This document shows positions 36,725 through 51,460 of a stretch of 58,846 bases of DNA, piece by piece. Source of the stretch: Phoronis australis (lineage: Eukaryota > Animalia > Phoronida). Under the pieces are notes generated by a model that did not search any database, was not told where the DNA came from, and saw nothing but the letters and a program-made list of their open reading frames with translations. Within the stretch, counting starts at the first letter, position 1; each line of letters begins with the position of its first letter. The stretch spans positions 1 to 58,846 of the forward strand of contig NMRA01000158.1 in NCBI GenBank assembly GCA_002633005.1, in the 5' to 3' direction. Made by a program: the position numbers and the translations under genes.

Positions 36725-36996
36725 ATGTCAGAGGCAAATACACTGTCGATAAACGACGTTCCTGGTGGAATTGATGAGTGTTTTTGAACTATTTAAAAAC
36801 GCTTTGACAGAGACAAGAGGCGATGCTTTTCAACAGAGATTCGTACGTTCATGATATGGGAATTTTGTAAAGGTGACGATGAAAAAATAAGTGCTCGAGG
36901 AGCCAGCGAAAATCCGAAAAACCCCTCAGCCTCGGGGCCACCTTCACCTGACAAATGACAAGGCCACTGATACGATATGTTCATGTAAAACTGGGT
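36725..36996 (+). mobile_element. Decayed SWIM-finger/YqaJ-type accessory gene fragment of a DNA transposon (ISL2EU-like)
   Basis: Broken frame with remnants SYVHD, RSQRKSEKP and CSCKTG. Family assignment is from memory of that motif order. Confidence 0.4.
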
Positions 36997-37349
36997 TATG
37001 TACCTTAAAGTCGAATTATCTGTACAATCCCATAGAATTCATGAACTTTCGAATAAAATCTGTGAAGATTCACCGACATTTTTATTCTGTCGTCTGCTAA
37101 ATTTCGCCAAATGAAAAGTAGGTCACAACTGGTGGGACTCTGGAGTGAAGTAGGTCATAGATTACAGACAACACGTGCACTATAGTCTCTGACTAGGTCG
37201 ACTTGATAGCACTGTTTACGCTTTTCTAACGAAATATTTTGATAAAAAATTCAGGTTTATAGCTCAGGTACACACTCATCTCGTCCTAGGCAAACAGTTA
37301 GCTCCGGTAGGTCTAGGGCTGTGTCTAAGTCAATTTAATATCTGGAAAT

Positions 37350-37672
37350 CAGTGGCTGATCTAGGATACCACAGGGGGGCCAACATATGTTGCCTGGTGG
37401 CCGTGGAATTGGGCAATGTGCGATTGTATGTGCACAGGCGGCCCGAAAGTTACAGGGGCCAGGGATGTAGACCGTTGGACATTCTGTTCAGAAAATCTAT
37501 CGGTGGACTAAAAAAACAGGAACACTCCGCCGCGATCTGGGGTCTGAGCCCCCTCTTCCGCTACCAGTCCCAGTTACTGAACTCAATATTTCCTCACGCT
37601 TCATGCGCTTGCTCTTTCATTTTGCTTGCGGCAGCCAAGGGGGGGGGGCTGCCCCCCTAAATCCGCCCACTG
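37350..37672. mobile_element. MITE family B copy
   Basis: CAGTGGCTGATCTAGGATACC...CTAAATCCGCCCACTG. Interior similar to 33366-33831 without the nested insert. Confidence 0.8.
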
Positions 37673-39720
37673 AATTGTCCGTTTGCACCATTAAGACATT
37701 TAAATTAGGCCTACTCAAATTCTTTTTTAAAGCTTCATAAATCTAAATATCATGTTTGAACAACTTCAAAATGAGCTCTCTCTAACTCCGAGTCTACAGA
37801 CATAGTGTGTACTAGAGGTACACGTCAAAAAGTAATTCGACAGTTTATTTTTAGTGACAACAGCTCGACCAAGGCTTTGAGTTCTGGCAGTAATCCAGTG
37901 CCCTTCCCTGTGCCGATGAATCTCTGAATTTTGACTGGGAGAGAAGTTCAGTTGAACGCCAGCCTACGCTTTATGAATAACAAAAATGTACCTCTGATTA
38001 GAAACAACGTAATGTCCATTAGGTTGAAATAAATAAAAAACATAAACTAAAAATGTCCTTGAAAACAATTTTTGGGGACTACTGCTAGAGTGCTGAGATC
38101 CAGCAGGTGCCGAGACAAAGGCGGCCAGACGTAGGAAACTCGGGAGCCAAAATCTGAGATAGACCTGCACCATAGCCACCAAGCTGAAAAGTGCGTATCT
38201 TGGAACTAATATATTTGTGTTTATTATAGCCTTCGAGTTATCAAGCAACATCGCTAAGTTCAGCTGCTCGTGTGGCCGTACGGTTTGATCCATAGTTTAC
38301 GCTTTTCAACATCATTTTTCGGCTTAGGACATGCCAAAAAATGACGGGATATTATTCTGAAGCAGCATAACGGCTGTCGGTGCTACACACGCCATATCAA
38401 CATCGTTTCCCCATTCTTAGCGAACAATTTCTTGAGCTATAGACTTAAGTAAGTTTTACTCGATTACATGTCGTTTGTCGGGTAAAATGGCGGCTTGGAA
38501 ACGCAGACGAAGGTGTGCCAAGAGTGCTGCGTTCTGATTGGTCAATTAAGCCGTCCGTCATAATCCTCGCGATAGGTCAATTATAAACGGTTTAGCAATA
38601 ATTAAGTTAAGTACCCACTTTCAATGCATTTGACATTGGGAGCGAATGTCGAAATAACGAACACTGTTAAGCATGTAAAGGTTATATTGACGAAAAAACA
38701 CCGAATGATCGTGCGAAAACCGAGAGATTTTTAAACTTTTGGCATTTTCTCGGCTTCGGCAAATCAACAAAATTTCAAATTAGGAATGCGAATTCTCGAG
38801 CACGTTTCGGTGGATTTCACTGAAACTGTCCAATTTCAGTAAATATGTATAACTCTCAAAAACACTGTTTAAACCCTTAAATTTGTTGTACTGCGCCATA
38901 GACGAATAAGACTGCTATTTTTTCACAAAAATGTCCTGTGTTTTACGAGCTAATTTGACGTAGGAAACAAACTAATTGAGTACTCAAAAATTTTTAACAG
39001 CGTTTTTCTGAAGATATCGGTAACTTTTCGTTTAAAGAAGGTTTCCATTAAATCGACTATTGGGTGTTTATGGCACCTTTGTTAAAAAGGAATCTTTGAT
39101 TTCAAATTAGTACTCCAGATATTTCTATTTATAGATTAGAAAAAGGCTGATTAACCACAAGAGCATACATTTTCAGATCGCTCCAGTGACTTCGTTTTGT
39201 TTCATTTATCGTGGATAACCTACTTTTTAAAGAAATCAATGAAGGGCGCTTACTACAGAAGTTTTATCGGTAACGATAATACTCAAAAATAGTTAATTAT
39301 TAATCCTAATACACATTTTTGAGGCTTTCAGTCAAACAATCCACGGTATAGTATTCATGACAAACTAATATGTAGCGACCTTACCCAAACTAGTAAAACC
39401 AGACGATCCTTAANTCAGTTAACCTCTGATGCTTTTCTGTGTGCCTCGTTCGTACCGAAGTAACCATTATTTACTAAAAAAGTGACACTTAAGCTCACTG
39501 GGTACGTCACAGTCGTCTGCCATTTTGGTGTAAATTCTCGTTCTCGATCGCCTTCGTCTACTGGCGTAGATGAAGTAATATCTCACTCCGCATTATTCCG
39601 AGTATCGATACGCTGATTAATGTCTCGTGGGACATTACTTCATGTACGCCACTCTCGGTAGTTTTTGTCTGGACATTTCATTGGCTGTGTGCAAGGATGT
39701 CTTTTATATAACTTTTACAG

Positions 39721-42700
39721 CCAAACCTACAGCACACTCTGTGAATAGAGCAACCCGTAAAGATACGAGTAAGCTTAAATTACAGTTTTATTGCATCATA
39801 CCGCACTGGTCCGGGTCTGTGCTCAGCTGGGTTATAAATATGACAGTACATTCAATGAAAATGTAGGAAAGGTGATTAGCTGAAGATGAGCGTTAGTCAG
39901 GACGAGTAGGGTATAGCCAGAGTGTTGCCATGTTTCCAGCGGCCATCTTGTTTTACTCTATTCAGACATGCTGTTGAAGTAATTTGGGATTTAACTACCT
40001 TTCTCATTGCCAAAAAAATCTGATTGCACTTTGAGAAGCAAATACGGCTTTTAAATTGCTGCCAATGCTCAGGTTTCCAATCGATCTTGTTTTGAGGAAG
40101 AGAATTTACGTCGGATGATAGTAATTTAGATTACATTCCAATGCCTAAAAATACGGATTCAATCAAGGAAACATGTCGATGTCTGTAAAATGTTTATTTT
40201 GTTTACCGTTTCATGTATTATACAAAGGGCACTTCTGTTAATTATTCATTGAATGATCTCACTCAGCTCTAAACGATTCCATTACCTGCCTAAGCACTCA
40301 AATTTTGACAGATATCCTTCAAATCTAAACGGCTTCTCTTCATTGCAATTGAATTGAAAGGTCCAAATTTTAACGCCGGCTAATCTATCTGCCCGACCGT
40401 TTATAATCATCATCATCATCATCATTTATTGTACATCGTAGGCTTTACCTACTCTAACAAAAATACATACATGAAAATTCAAATGGTATATTCAGAGTAT
40501 TTACGTGGAGAGCAGCTCTTCTCTTAAATTTCACCCAGACAGCATATGCCGCATATTCTCTCACTTCTATGGATACCCATATGCCTCCCTTTCTCTATAT
40601 TAAGTGAGTGAAATTGCGCAAGTATTCTTCTCTAATAAGCGCTTAAACAATTCACATATTGCTCGCTAAAAAGATCACGTTTAATAAGACTATAAAATTC
40701 GTGTTTATTTGAGCTACCTATTTCCAGTTGCCATTCCTGTAGGCCACAATCCAATAATCTCTACTTGATTACCATAATAACCGTTTATAGGATGGTCATG
40801 AAATTTTTAGAGAGAGCATAGCTACATGTAAATGTAATCTTGATTATCTGATGTATCTCACTGTTGTTGAGTTCCACTGCAACAGTGTAAATTTCCTTTG
40901 TGGGTGCTTAATAATCTTTCAAGTTCCACTATAAATCTCTATGGTGTTTGGCATATGTGTACTAATGAAAGAGAGAGTAGCACTTACCTTTGGACATCTA
41001 GAATGTACACGTACTGTAAGTCCCGGCGGCCTTCTTTACAATTGTATGCTCACACATGTGTATGTAGATTCATGGGTGCACTCGGTCGTCATCTCCATAC
41101 ATCCGGTTGGCTGGTGTCGGCAGTCTGATTGGCTGTAACTCTGACACTTTTTCATGGATTTTGGTGAATTTTGTACATATGACGGATTGGATGACACGAC
41201 ACATTTTCGGACCTATTTTTCTACCGTTAGTGTCGACTTGTATGTTATTCTGTACCTTGAAGTTCCTTGACATGTGTCCTTTAAATTCGGCGTATACGAA
41301 TATGCGATTCTGTTATAGAGACGACGACACCAACGTATACTGACGTATTCTGCACCGCCTGTGGCCATTTTTATTTCATTTCGTTATTCAGAGTCCGTTT
41401 CTTTCCGTCTATCTTCAAGGATATTTACGAAACTTTTAAGTTGAAACACGTGTAGATGGTCACGACTGATGTAGCTTTTTGGACGTGTTCAACTTCTCCG
41501 GCGCCTCCAATGGCAATGTACCTCATTTTTTTCCAATACCTTTGATTCATCTACACGAATGTGTTAATTGAAGAGGATACAGGTGACCTTCATTTTGGGA
41601 CGTGTCCATTTATTGTTGTACTTGAAGGATATTTGTGAAACATTGTGAACACATGTTCCAGTTCATGTATTCTCAAGTTTGGCAAACAATCTCAAATTGT
41701 CCTTGGTTGCAAATATTATTAACCCCTAATACATAGTGCAGGAATGTTGTGTTTTTATCCACGATTCACAATACTTGTGTCGGCAGGTGGAGTTTCACGC
41801 TTCCGAGCCGTTTACATTTGGCGGCTGCTCCTTTGCTTGTTATCAAAGTAGCGAAACTTATCGAAAATCATTGTGGTATTCTGAGAAGGTCTTTTTATGA
41901 ACAAATTTAACAGGTTTTCGTAGACTGTCACGTGTCCACAAGTTCTTTTTCTCTGCCATGGGGCTGCTGCAGAGGCGAGCTTTCAAGATCCGGTTGCTGG
42001 TGTTGCCACCAAGTCAAACAGGTAGTCCGGCCAGCCAAGACACCTAAATTTACTGAATGTCTTTGCACAAACGCTTAATTTCGTATAGTTTTAGCAAAGT
42101 GCACATGTTACACAGTAACCATTCACCGCGTGGGCCTTAATTTCCCCGCGAATAGACTTTAACTCAAGGAAAAGAATACTTAATATCCTAGAACTATACT
42201 GTGATTTACAGATACCATAAAACCAACTGGAAATGGAGATGGTGGAGGTATGTCGACATTTTGAAAATAACCGATGTGATACTGTAGGCAAATGCCGCTT
42301 TCTCGGCAAGTACTAAGACAGTCGTTTTCTTATCGACAAACTTGTGTGGTTGCTCCAAACTGCAAATCTCTTACGAATTCACTTTTTACATATGAGCTGT
42401 CCTGGGATCACATCTATGCACACATGACTTATGCAGCATTGCCTTAATCGAGTTTAATCCTGCTTGAACTACTTAAGCACTTTTAAAAACATTTATTCCA
42501 AATAATTCGGAAGTGGTGCAAGGAATTGGGAAACTAGAATATCGTTTAGCTGTAACTCCGACGGTACTGTGCACCGAAGGATGTTTACTGCGAAACGCTG
42601 TTACCTTCCCTTTATGCGAACTTTGTTTTTATTGATTTTTACTCTGATGTATTTATAGTCCAAAAATGATAGACTTATAAGAACGGGGATACAGCATAAT

Positions 42701-45700
42701 ATAACATTTTCCCGCGAATCAACTTTCACTTAAGGGAATGAATAGTTATCGTATGATTTATAGATACCATGAAGCCAACTGGTAATGGAGAAGGCGGAGG
42801 TATATCAATATTTTAAAATTAACCGATGTGATACCGTAGAGCTTAACAGTTAAAAATAGACAAAATGCCACTTTCTCGGCAAGTACTAACACCGTTGTTT
42901 TCTTTTCGACGAAATATGTGTGGTTGCTCCAAACCGCAAATCTCTTACGAATTCACTTTTCCAGAGGAGCTGTGCTGTGATCATTTCCGTGGAAAACAGC
43001 ACACATGAATTGCGCTGCATTGCTTTAATCCTGTTCTAACTATTTTGGCTTTTACTCCAATTTTTTCGAAAATGGACAGCTTCAATTACTGTGGCGCCCT
43101 CCTACTGCAATACTTATTTGTTTTGCCTCGTTTCTACCAAGTTCTTTGATTGATCTGCTGGTAATCTACTATACATATGTTCCAGTTACGAAATGAGAGT
43201 ACACTGCACGCCTGACCTTCATTTTAATCACGCTTTAAGTAACTTTATACAAACGTATTTCTTTGAATTTACAAGTTTGCGAAATCCTTACGTTTGTGCT
43301 TGTTTGCAAATATCATCACCTCCAATATATCATAGATTATTGACCTGGAGACTGGTAATAGAATTCTCCTCTTTCCCCGAAAGTAGAAAGCGCGTTGTTT
43401 TCATTGACCTAATTTTTGGGATGTGAGACTTTATTTCACATGTCGAGTGGTATTGCTTTAGAAATATTCCAGGTTTTAACCGTTTAAAAATACCGGGAAT
43501 TGAAAAATATCTCCAAGAAATTGCATTCTTCTCGGTTCAAAATTAAGGCGAACGACTCGTTTTTATCCATTCGATCCGCATTTTCTTATCTTTGACTGAT
43601 GTCGGGAATTTAAACAAATTAACATCACTTATCCACGGATATTTGGCTAGTTTATCCAACTTTCACCCAACGGAGATGCAGCCCTCAGCACATAAGAAAT
43701 ACCTCGCTGAAAGTGAGAGGGCGCGTAGGGTAAAGATTACGATAATAACAAAAAGAACATGTGGATGTCTAATGGCATGAAAACGCCAGGCTACAATAGT
43801 GTTTGACGGAAATTGCTATATTATGGGTAAATGTAGCAAGATTCTAGTGTCACTGTGTATTACGGACCGCCTTATTGCTTTTTACTCCGTGTTTCTCTCA
43901 ACACGAATTGTGTCATCAACAGTATACGGATTTTCATGCCTCAGTGCCGTTTTCATTCCCCGCTACAATTTCATGTACGTGCTATAAAAGCACTGAAACT
44001 CATCACTCCATACTGTGGTGTCATATGTTTGACTTCTCTGTGAACAAGCTTCATAGGTTTTGCTAGATCGTCATTTAAACGTTAATTACAGTGTTCCAGT
44101 CATTGGAGTCGCTTCGGTGGCATACGTCCAGTAGTTTCAAGAATGAACTGATGTTGTTTCTGCTAATCACACATTTTTGAATGCCTCTAGTAACAACTTT
44201 GAACTCCACCTCTTTCAATTTAGTACAAACTAGAAAAAGTAGACATCCCACGCATGTCGTTTTTGTGACATGACTGTAAACAGGTAGTGTAGTTTCGCCA
44301 CTCGGGTCTTTATATGTCTCGAGCGCCAACATTCAGGCATGAATACTTATTGTGAAACTATGTTATGATTTACAGGTTCCATTAAGCCAACTGAAACAGG
44401 AGAAGGTGGTGGTTTGTCGACATATTTCTCTAATTTAAAAGTAAACTTGCCCTTTGATGTAATTAGTGCTTAACATTGGATGAAAAATACGCTGCTTTTT
44501 CGACATAAACATTAACAGTATTATTTTTTATCAACACAATTTGAGTTGTAACAGTTCTAAACTGCGAATCTTCTGTTATGAACCCAATTTACCGGATGAA
44601 CTTTCCTGTGATCACGTCTATATATAAGTAGCGTAGGCATGTTCAAAATGGTTTTTGATAATTTATAACACATTTTTTTAAATGTTTCGGGAATATATTA
44701 AGCTGTAACTCTGCAAGACCTATGTGCAAAAGTGCGGTTTCTCCTCGAATTGTTGATGCGAAATGTATTCTCGTTGGCCTTTACTCTGATACTTAGTCTT
44801 GTGTAATCCGGAACAGCTGTACTTATAAAACCGAATGCATGATGTAATGTAATATATTAACTTAATTACTATCACGTTTTTGGATTGTTGATTTTTATTT
44901 TCAAAATTGGAAAGCATGGCATATTGATGTTCGAGTTTTCTATGCTTTCTCGTCTCTTCATGTTCTCTTTCTTGCGTAGTACAATTAGGTCTCGTGAATA
45001 CACGGCCAATCCGTTTTTCTCAAAAGTTTGTGACTGGTTTCAAAGATCACACGTGCTACGCAAGAATATAAACGCAGTTGATGTTTCAGTTATTCCACTA
45101 TTTGACATTTTCCATTATTCGAAACTGTCTTAGTTTCACGAGAGTCCGTGTGATGTTTTCAAAGTTTCAACCATTATGCTTTTCCACGATTCCTTTACGC
45201 GAACTTTGAAGGCTTTTAGAATGGCTCATATGTTTTGGATACAAAGGTCTGATGAATTAGTAGGCCATCTATCGTTGACTGTGGGCAATAGTCTCGAGGC
45301 ACTGAGACCACGGTTAACTTATTTTCATATTTTGATATTTGAAACTTTGACATTTACGTACTGCTAGTATGAAAAACAAAAAAGTGGGGGTCACCGCATT
45401 AGTTTTTCCGCCACAACCAAGTAAACAGAGGGACCAATGACAAAGCTGCTGCGTGGGTTACTGATAAGTCAGTTCTGATTAAATCAGACTGGATCCTTTT
45501 TAAAAACGGATTCATGATTTTATCGCGCTGAACCAGTAATAATGTCTTACACACGGTTCTCGGACGGACAAAACCTGGGCGTAGCACGCGTGCCCTGCAC
45601 GTTTTCGTGCAACAATGGCGCATCCAAATAGACAATGTAATTTCCATTAAAGTAGATACTTGAGTTTTTGTCCACACCTGGTGTCATGCAATTGTTACAT

Positions 45701-48700
45701 CGTCAATGTATAGACTCAGGGATGCAAGTGCGTTTGAACTGAATACCTAAATTATTGGAAACTTTTCAAAAGTAATCTAGAAAATAGTGAAAACAATTCA
45801 AATAGCACAAGTCATGGGTTTTCGATGACTTCAGATAACTCAAATGTAGAGACTTAGCCTGATAATAAATTCCTTAGGTGCTGTCTAAATCAAGTTAAGC
45901 TGATACACTGCATACACGAAATTAAATTGTGAAAGATTTATCAACATCAGCATCAAGTACGATCTACTCAAAGTAACTTCCTTTTCAACCGTTTCATAAG
46001 TCCCAGCCTCATTTATAAAGAATAAAGGTGACATTTAGATAGAGCAATGGGTTTGTTTTCATTTCCATTGAAATATTTGCACAAATAGAATCCAGTGTCA
46101 GTGTCTTTTTGAACGCATTGGATTCCATACAACATTGAACAATAAAACAAATTGGTATTACTTCTATTCTTTAAAATTGATAAGCTTGTCCTGCCACTCT
46201 CCCGCGTGTCTTAATTATTTGTGACATCTCTTGGTAGATTTAGCAATTCATTCTCCATATTAAATCCTAGATGCGCCAGTGTTTTCAATAGATTTCACGT
46301 ATGAGATCTGAGTTTGAGGACAGGTGGGTTGGATATTGTAACAAAGAATGAACTTCCTCGTCGACTACTTCACACTGACACTGACAACATACTTTATGTT
46401 TACTGGTCATGGCAAACATATTTTCACCTATGGTCGCCGTACGTCGATTTACTGGCCCTATTTTTAAATAACACCACTTTGGGATACACCTCAAACAGTG
46501 TTGGCTTTTTTAAGAAGACAACCCAACCCATCCTGTTTTAGACGTGCGTGATAGTNTCCGAGCTGTCAAGAAAGTAGATTCAGAAAGAAGGGAACATCAG
46601 TTTTTGCGACGTTATTCCAAAAAATGACAATGTCTTATCCAAGGGACCGTGGAATTTGTACTGCAAGTTGTATAGCGTATTTTTTGCGGACATGGTGACT
46701 GCACTTCATAGCGTGTTGAGCTGACGATAATTCTCGAGCCACAGTAGAGCCTCTAGGTCTCAAGGAGTCAAGCCTCGACTCGAGGTCTTTTCGCATGCAG
46801 TATGGTGTTACGTGATCACAGACACTTGCAATGAATAATTATTCAAAACTTTTGTGAATGGTTAAGAAAATATCGATGCAAAACGTTGTCCAGTGCAGAT
46901 TCATCAACACATTTTTGCAGATATGTTGTTGTGTTATGAAATAAGGTGTACATTAGGCATGTATTAACATAACTAAGTTCAGTAAGGACATTTGATTAAC
47001 AGGACCTTTTCACTATGCGCGTTGTCCCTCAACTAAACAACTTAAGCTTTTCTGAAAATTGGTGATCAATTCACTACGTGTGTTTTAGAAAGTGTTGGAG
47101 AGGCAAGCAAGTAGGAAAAGGACCTATACGCGTACCCAAGGGTTGAATGAATCCCAAAACCGAAAGTCCGAGGAAACAAGACAAAAGTCCTCTAAAGAGG
47201 CAAGAATTCGGAGCGAAAGGTCTGAACGCTAAGCAAACCCCCCTCCTTTTTTAGTCGGTCAGATAGTGAAAGTAAATTTGGTCTGTACGTGGGAATCTGC
47301 GAATTTACTAGAAAATCTGCAAATCTGACGTTCGGAGTACTCCAATGCAGTTTGGGTGGTACACAGGTCTGTGACTTATATGTTTATAATATTTTTTCTT
47401 CACTTGAAATTGTATTGTTATGATGTCTTGCTCTATGATTTCTTGTCTTTTGTTGTTGATGCTGTCATTCTTTCCTATGTTGCACCGTTCCGTACTAAGC
47501 GTTGAAATAAATTTTATGGAAACATCATTCTTCACCGTGGTTTTGCAAAGTTCAAAATTTAATGGAATCATCCGTATAAAAGACCATGATAATAGATTGT
47601 AACCCGTATATGTGTAAATTATTTTATTCCATGCGCATTGAATCTGTGGAGGGAAATACGGCCATGTAATAAAGTTTTCCGTATTCACCTCCCGCACTAC
47701 TTCAACAACGAGCTCTGACATGGAAAGTTCAAAAGGTAGGTCAATGTCGACTCGACGTCTTCAGCCGGTTCGATCATCAAACTTTCCAAATATAGTTTAA
47801 AGTAATACATTTGCAGCAGTGTAACTAACACGCGACTTGTAACCAGGCCCTAGAAGTAAAATCTGGAACAAAACTATTGATTATAAGACACTTCTGTCTC
47901 AGTTTTCAATTACTGAATACTATTCCCGATCATATCGTCTGCAACTCAGGCGCCGATTCCTAGGAAATTGAAATATCAATTATTGTTGTTTTTTAACTAT
48001 TTCCAGGAGATGTTACAAGTTCACTGCACAGATGCTGTTGATTTCATCTTTGCTACCTCTTTTCAAGAAATAAATCGTTACTTTTAAAACTGTTTCTTCT
48101 ACAAGAGAAAACTTCCAACCTAACGCGCAAGTACATACATATAGGATGTGATACGCCATGTGAACAGTCTGGGTGAAGTATTTGAAAAATCTGCCAAAAA
48201 AATGTAAGAAACCTAGGGATTCGAAGCGCATGGGATAAATACAAAACGTACCTCGACTGGCGTACATGAAGTAATATCCCGCTCGATCTTATTCCTTCGG
48301 TCTCGGTCGATACGCGGAATAATGTCTCTTCGTGTACGCCACTCTCGGTACGTTTTGTGTATGTACAAGTCATGTTATTTACTGTCAACACGGAAAAGTA
48401 GAGCCCATCCTTGTACAATGGTTAAGAGTGTACGCATCGGAAGAAGCCGTATTTTACGGTTGTTCGAGTACTGGGGCTATTACTCACGGGTGAAGTAAGT
48501 TCCCGTGCAGGACGCCAAATTTGATTGGGTTCGTTCATTTGAGTTATCTAAAACATTGGTCTAAAGCGTCATCAATGAAAAATCAGTCTTACTGCTCTGA
48601 AAACTGTAAATTTTTCCGATGAAAATTCCGACCCACGGTTATGACTATTTTTAGGATTGGTTAGTTTTAAACTGGGTCATAAAGGGTCAGCAAGTAGCGT

Positions 48701-49274
48701 CTCCAACAAAATCTAATTCAAATCGAACGAACACGTTATTGTCATAGATGCATACAGAATATTTACACTGAGACATTTATCAGAAAGTGTGACATAATAT
48801 CGAGTATGTCTTTTTCACGACAACGTTCCTCGAATCTCCCTCGCTGGTAGCGTAAAGTCTTTCACGATTGGTGGGCAGTCTCCTTGTGGAGTAAAACTCG
48901 CTTGCAGGACGCCAAATTTGATTGGGCTCGTTCATTTGGGTTACCTAAAACATAATGGATCAGTTGCCTAGGAAGCAGTGTCTTCTAAATATCAGGCACA
49001 ATCCAATTCAAATCAAACGAAAACGTTACAATTGTGGATGCATACAATATATCTACACCTTGAACTAAGATACAAGATATTGCGACCTAATATCGAGCTT
49101 GAATTTTTTATCGACTGCGTTCCTCGAATCTCCCTAGCTGATTTTTTACTATACAATACTTAACTCAAGTTCTGCAAATCGGCAGTTTCCGAAGCAGGGG
49201 AAATATTTCTATTACTATTTCCATTTCAGAAGCAAAGCCACAGAAATAGTCGTAGAAACAAAGACACTCACTGA
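39721..49274 (+). CDS. Candidate downstream exons of the Ig gene (stalk, juxtamembrane, basic tail)
   Basis: Phase-compatible exons 39721-39768 (SKPTAHSVNRATRKDT), 44376-44405 (SSIKPTETGE), 46542-46573 (DVRDS-N-RAVKK), 47089-47199 (KVLERQASRK...KSSKE, GC donor) and 49230-49274 (KQSHRNSRRNKDTH*), followed by AATAAA near 49428 and 49446. Hand-picked, unverified. Confidence 0.35.
42135..43030. repeat. Old direct duplication (~42135-42460 / ~42705-43030), with a weaker third relic near 44370-44620
   Basis: Shared blocks CCCGCGAAT...AGATACCAT...CCAACTGG...AACCGATGTGATAC...TTCTCGGCAAGTACTAA...GTGTGGTTGCTCCAAAC...AAATCTCTTACGAATTCACTTTT. Confidence 0.8.
48505..49140. repeat. Old direct duplication (~48505-48845 / ~48900-49140)
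   Basis: TGCAGGACGCCAAATTTGATTGGG and CGTTCCTCGAATCTCCCT each occur twice in the same order. Confidence 0.7.
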
Positions 49275-50774
49275 AGCTTAAAAGTCACACTTTTGCAAGC
49301 AAAACTGTTCAGTTAAAGATGCTATGCCATATCAAACCTTGAATGTTCAACTTGTATCAAGTGTCACCTAGTGACCTCATGGAAAACTGTGTGTGTACAA
49401 GTATAATCAGGAAAAGACAAAGTTTGTAAATAAATTACGGTTTTAAATAAAACACTACAACTGGTACACTTTAAACAAGATATAGTGTTAACATTTGAAA
49501 AAGCTCATCATTCCAAATAGTAGGCAATCGTTGTTTGATAGTGAATTAAATAAATAATAAATACTGTCTTTTTTCGTTAGGGTAAGGATGAAATACTAGC
49601 ATAAAAATAGTCTCACAAAAGGAGACTTTTGCGAGATTGCAATGCTAACTCACTTGTTCTCGGATGGTTTCCAGCACACCGGAAGACGCGGGGTTGTTTG
49701 AAAACTAGTACTTCATTTCCATTTTCAGAATCTAGTGAGACCTGGCATCTTTAATGTTTCAATTTTTTCCAGATGGATAAGTTCAAGAAAAACTTTTGAT
49801 ATGATTAAATTGTGCTTGTATTAAATTGAATATTTCACAAATTTATTTTTTTATAAATTGCACATAAAATAAAACTTAACTGTTTTTTTTAATACCACCA
49901 ATTAACTCATCGCTTAACCGGCGCGGATAGGCTTGGCATATATATGACGTCACAAGACAAAGCACGTGACAACAAGATGTCGCCGTGATGCAAATGCGTA
50001 CATATGTATGGGATGCGTGTAAATATGTTATCCTACATACCTAACTGTGATGTCTCGGTCTTGTTGACACATTCCCAGATAAAATGACTTCAAAATAGGG
50101 TATGGCAGTAGTACCGATATGTACGTGGGATAACCTACATCTATAGGTAACGAACACACGTTCAACGGAGCCTATTTCTGAGTGTGCGCAAACTCAGTCG
50201 TTCGCATAACGGAAGCCTTTGCTTAGTCACCTCCTCTGCACAATCTATCAAAAATTGTTAAAGTTACGGTACACCAACACATTTCAATGTACATCTCGGA
50301 TATTTTCTGTGCGTTTATTGATTTGCCGCCTGATCCTTAACTAAAGTTGGCCACAAATACACATGCTTATAACAATCTTACTTAGAGTTTATCATATATT
50401 AACAACATATTCGTGCGTATACAGAGGTGTTCACCTGCTGGAAGCGATTTGGGAATCATTATATTTAAGAAAACGTCAATTTTTTGCCTTCTTCGAAAGA
50501 TTGTAAACACATTTGCCGATAATTTTCATGTTTAAGACTACGTGTACCCATTGTTTGGAAAATGCTAGGCAGTAACACAGATGCACGAATTCCCCGTCCC
50601 AGTACACTACCTGCAAGTTGGTTTTTAAGGAAAGTGGCGCCCCCACTGGGCGTTTCCATAAGAAAATGGCTGTGTAACAAATACAGTTTAAGTTAATTAA
50701 ATCAGTTTTTGGCCACAATAAGATCAAAAAACCGGACAATCGCCGCACAAATAAAAAAGTTTATGTTCAATTCA

Positions 50775-51460
50775 ACGTTTCGTCAGGATCATATTTACAA
50801 CAATTTAGGACAACAAGTGCCAACATACAGCTCAGGTAACATCCATAGAGTGAAGTGAGAGATACATAGAATATGGTCAGTAGCTGGTCATCACCATAGC
50901 TGCAGGGTTACATAGCTCTGCATGTTATTCAGAGAATCAGTGGCATGCTGGTTCTGAATGGCCAATGACTCTTTAATGTACAGTAACTCCTTATTGAGTT
51001 CTCTGCAGATAATACTAACAGAGTTGGCTTGGTGACTGTAGCTAATACAATGCCTATGTATGTTACTTATCTCTGAGGTGTGATGTTCTTTCAATCTGTC
51101 ACAGAGGCGTCTCTGTGCGAGTCCTATATAGAATTCCTTACAGTTGTCACATTCAACCTTATACACAACATTGCTCTTGTTCAATAAAGGGATGGGTGAC
51201 TTCAGTTTACACAGCATATTGGAAAGTTTCCGAAGGGGTTTGAAAACAACTATCAGTTCAACTGCTGGGTCTATGCAATGAATAAAGCGAGATAATTGGC
51301 GTTTCAATTTTATACTACTTGGCCCGGTGTAACCAAGAGAAAAGAAAACTTTCTTTTTCTCGGGTCCAATAACAGCTGTCTTATCTGCCTCACTCATTTT
51401 TGAAAGAAAGTTCCTTTTACAGCTATTCAGAAAATCCAGAGGGTAACCATTGTCATGAGA
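50775..51460 (-). mobile_element. Penelope-like element 3' fragment (GIY-YIG endonuclease)
   Basis: NGYP upstream; ORF 50891-51397 has SNVVYKVECDNCKEFYIGLAQRRLCDRLKEH...LYIKESLAI...LN. CGAAACGTT hammerhead-like relic at ~50774-50782. Confidence 0.88.

Noticed and set aside
47420-47602. Transmembrane exon of the Ig gene
   Set aside because: The hydrophobicity comes from T-rich low-complexity sequence, and there are no suitable splice sites or phase.
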